DNA of 64,000 bases from Candidatus Nomurabacteria bacterium (GTDB lineage: Bacteria; Patescibacteriota; Dojkabacteria; SC72; JAHDCA01), in NCBI GenBank assembly GCA_020632375.1, contig JACKFR010000003.1, positions 1,546-65,545 on the forward strand, written 5' to 3'. Every line of letters begins with the position of its first letter. Within the stretch, counting starts at the first letter, position 1. The notes under the pieces are model-generated. The model saw only the letters and a program-made list of their open reading frames with translations. It did not search any database and was not told where the DNA came from. The position numbers and the translations under genes are program-made. Below, piece after piece: positions 63,701-64,000 of this stretch.

Positions 63701-64000
63701 TTCAGGCCAACAGCTTCTTGCATCTTATCTGTCGGGATTTGGTAGTTAATTGCGAAATTTTCACCGATTTTTGTACAGAGATTTGCAGTCGAAGTCATTG
63801 CGGGAATATTTACAACTCCCGTCTTACCTTCAGTATAATTGGGATCACTTGTTCCAGAACCGGTATCTTTTCCTTCAGGATTAGAAATTATGACAGTTGG
63901 GAAATAGTCAGTTGTGTTTTTACACTGATCATTATCTTTATTGTAAGCCTCTACCGTATACTTGCTACCATCTTTAAGTTCTAACTTGGCGAAGTCTACA
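60775..64000 (-). CDS. giant modular surface protein C, 5' end beyond window: GH-A/GH5-like domain - CBM-like jelly roll - Cys-rich - Ca-loop - conserved C-terminal module
   Basis: The frame stays open upstream of the listed ATG (63798) to nt 63999 (VDFAKLELKDGSKYTVEAYNKDNDQC...), so the true start is outside the window. IHAGHNEPN and VFVTELGNYG resemble the clan GH-A acid/base and nucleophile motifs. WFTSFGTQHAGLYQQIDL...GRIGIDPEGG...VYWDDARLYL is CBM4/9-like. Also DINGNGEYDSGD, and the C-terminus GLNILSMPL...GWNLIAIKGSDKSYTTQELLKAIN...YWTPSK. Confidence 0.7.
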   Translation of the reverse strand, partial: VDFAKLELKDGSKYTVEAYNKDNDQCKNTTDYFPTVIISNPEGKDTGSGTSDPNYTEGKTGVVNIPAMTSTANLCTKIGENFAINYQIPTDKMQEAVGLKMRWGEALAVDANQISEYKKSVVNARNLGLDLILRICYKNNCGIEDGNSYADAVISVYNELKNSGQLPQHGLFIHAGHNEPNNAEYRDPTQEANFIAQVVKKVSEAGLLSQNPDDIGIKLLGPNLDLYRNADGQWPGCSDCDDPNPHPIYSAQSYIDLMLQDSGFSSAAEGIWAWAVNDYLYERGDNNVVEDVNSFAEFLSSRNLGRRVFVTELGNYGPSGPSHDWSVLANTISQLDSNQSIVGVLLFDSLGANKDGAFAYHQALWNDHNLIMSLLSGCGVGSFTIPQEGAVDVQVELSGYKPTAAGKPYSGPIGINGVNASSGGSSGGATGLTGTDPCLGNICTGTGYQTYEVAKGGLLGGNFEGEFVADGASELHVPKFWHVWYQNGCGSGSCGEYACSNTAEYCRRPEYKQSSGFGNRITQGSASAQWFTSFGTQHAGLYQQIDLGQGGSNKIKFEVKGSSWSDGPREENDPPIINTFKGRIGIDPEGGRLYNAPTVKWTDWKLLPNVGPGDGASFIDFSVELKTDSQLVTVFIATNNQYPYRNSDVYWDDARLYLNGVLAIGDAARSATEDSGEKETGEFNGGNDSEPQCREIDIKGNLAASNACWYSFPSNENIAELLCGSPTAYFEGLCVLTNNGDTSGLCSDKAVKCAQIPAMDGDLGAYCMAFFCDPTWDGDFNNIPCHTNEYGDSVGNCSGQRFGHAISKDVLGSQITGSSENTLLLPERGEYRISSEDFLFNESTVSNFSDSPAYIPVYQDINGNGEYDSGDIYTPSSADIKVTKVGDVMELELKPGLNILSMPLYTEDFDRAVELADEIFAQGGSATAIATYKNVGSQPGWNTYNIRGNQAYSDSFNIAPGDALYIVANKAVKLQMRGDPYKAPVQAYLKQGWNLIAIKGSDKSYTTQELLKAINEVSGLSATSVAVWDPEKGKFTTYATNNKGQSFGSNVDISSDSGIFVYIEKGIGYWTPSK

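Noticed and set aside
1-64000. Alternative genetic code (UGA recoding, as in some CPR lineages)
   Set aside because: Conserved proteins are full-length under the standard code. TGA also functions as a stop at a conserved gene end: the infA stop overlaps the rpmJ ATG at 7702..7705.
1-64000. CRISPR arrays, IS elements or integrons
   Set aside because: Intergenic regions are all under 240 nt. No direct-repeat/spacer periodicity and no transposase or integrase-like ORFs were seen.

Overview
This is a gene-dense, low-GC bacterial chromosome fragment; three hand-counted 100-nt samples gave 39, 42 and 51 G+C. The core part holds a 5'-partial fmt, a compact type-A RNase P RNA, comM/yifB, and a roughly 20 kb minus-strand ribosomal superoperon running fusA-tuf-S10-spc-alpha-rplM-rpsI. 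That operon includes rpmJ, which is missing from the ORF track. Further core genes are uvrD/pcrA, an RsmB-family methyltransferase, pnp-rpsO and nusA-ylxR-infB. The superoperon has no rpmD (L30) and only a 27-codon stop-containing remnant where rpmC (L29) belongs. Several r-proteins carry Lys-rich tails, and most leaders lack a Shine-Dalgarno motif. Together these suggest a Candidate Phyla Radiation / Patescibacteria genome (inference); the standard genetic code fits. The interesting part is accessory, at 27.9-50.7 kb and 60.8-64.0 kb. (1) A six-gene minus-strand envelope operon encodes a degenerate amidase_2+SH3b protein, a 1017-aa protein with a large cytoplasmic domain plus TM helices plus an M23 peptidase, a Gly-rich polytopic VirB6-like membrane protein, a 16-Cys exoprotein and a doubly anchored FN3 protein. 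(2) A family of giant modular surface proteins (1006 aa, 1045 aa and more than 1074 aa) has variable payloads, either Cys-rich arrays or a GH5-like plus CBM-like unit. All three share an unassigned C-terminal module preceded by a Ca-loop-like DxNGxGxYDxGD motif. A membrane-tethered CPHC thioredoxin and several ORFans sit beside them. No CRISPR array, tRNA, rRNA, transposase or integrase was seen.
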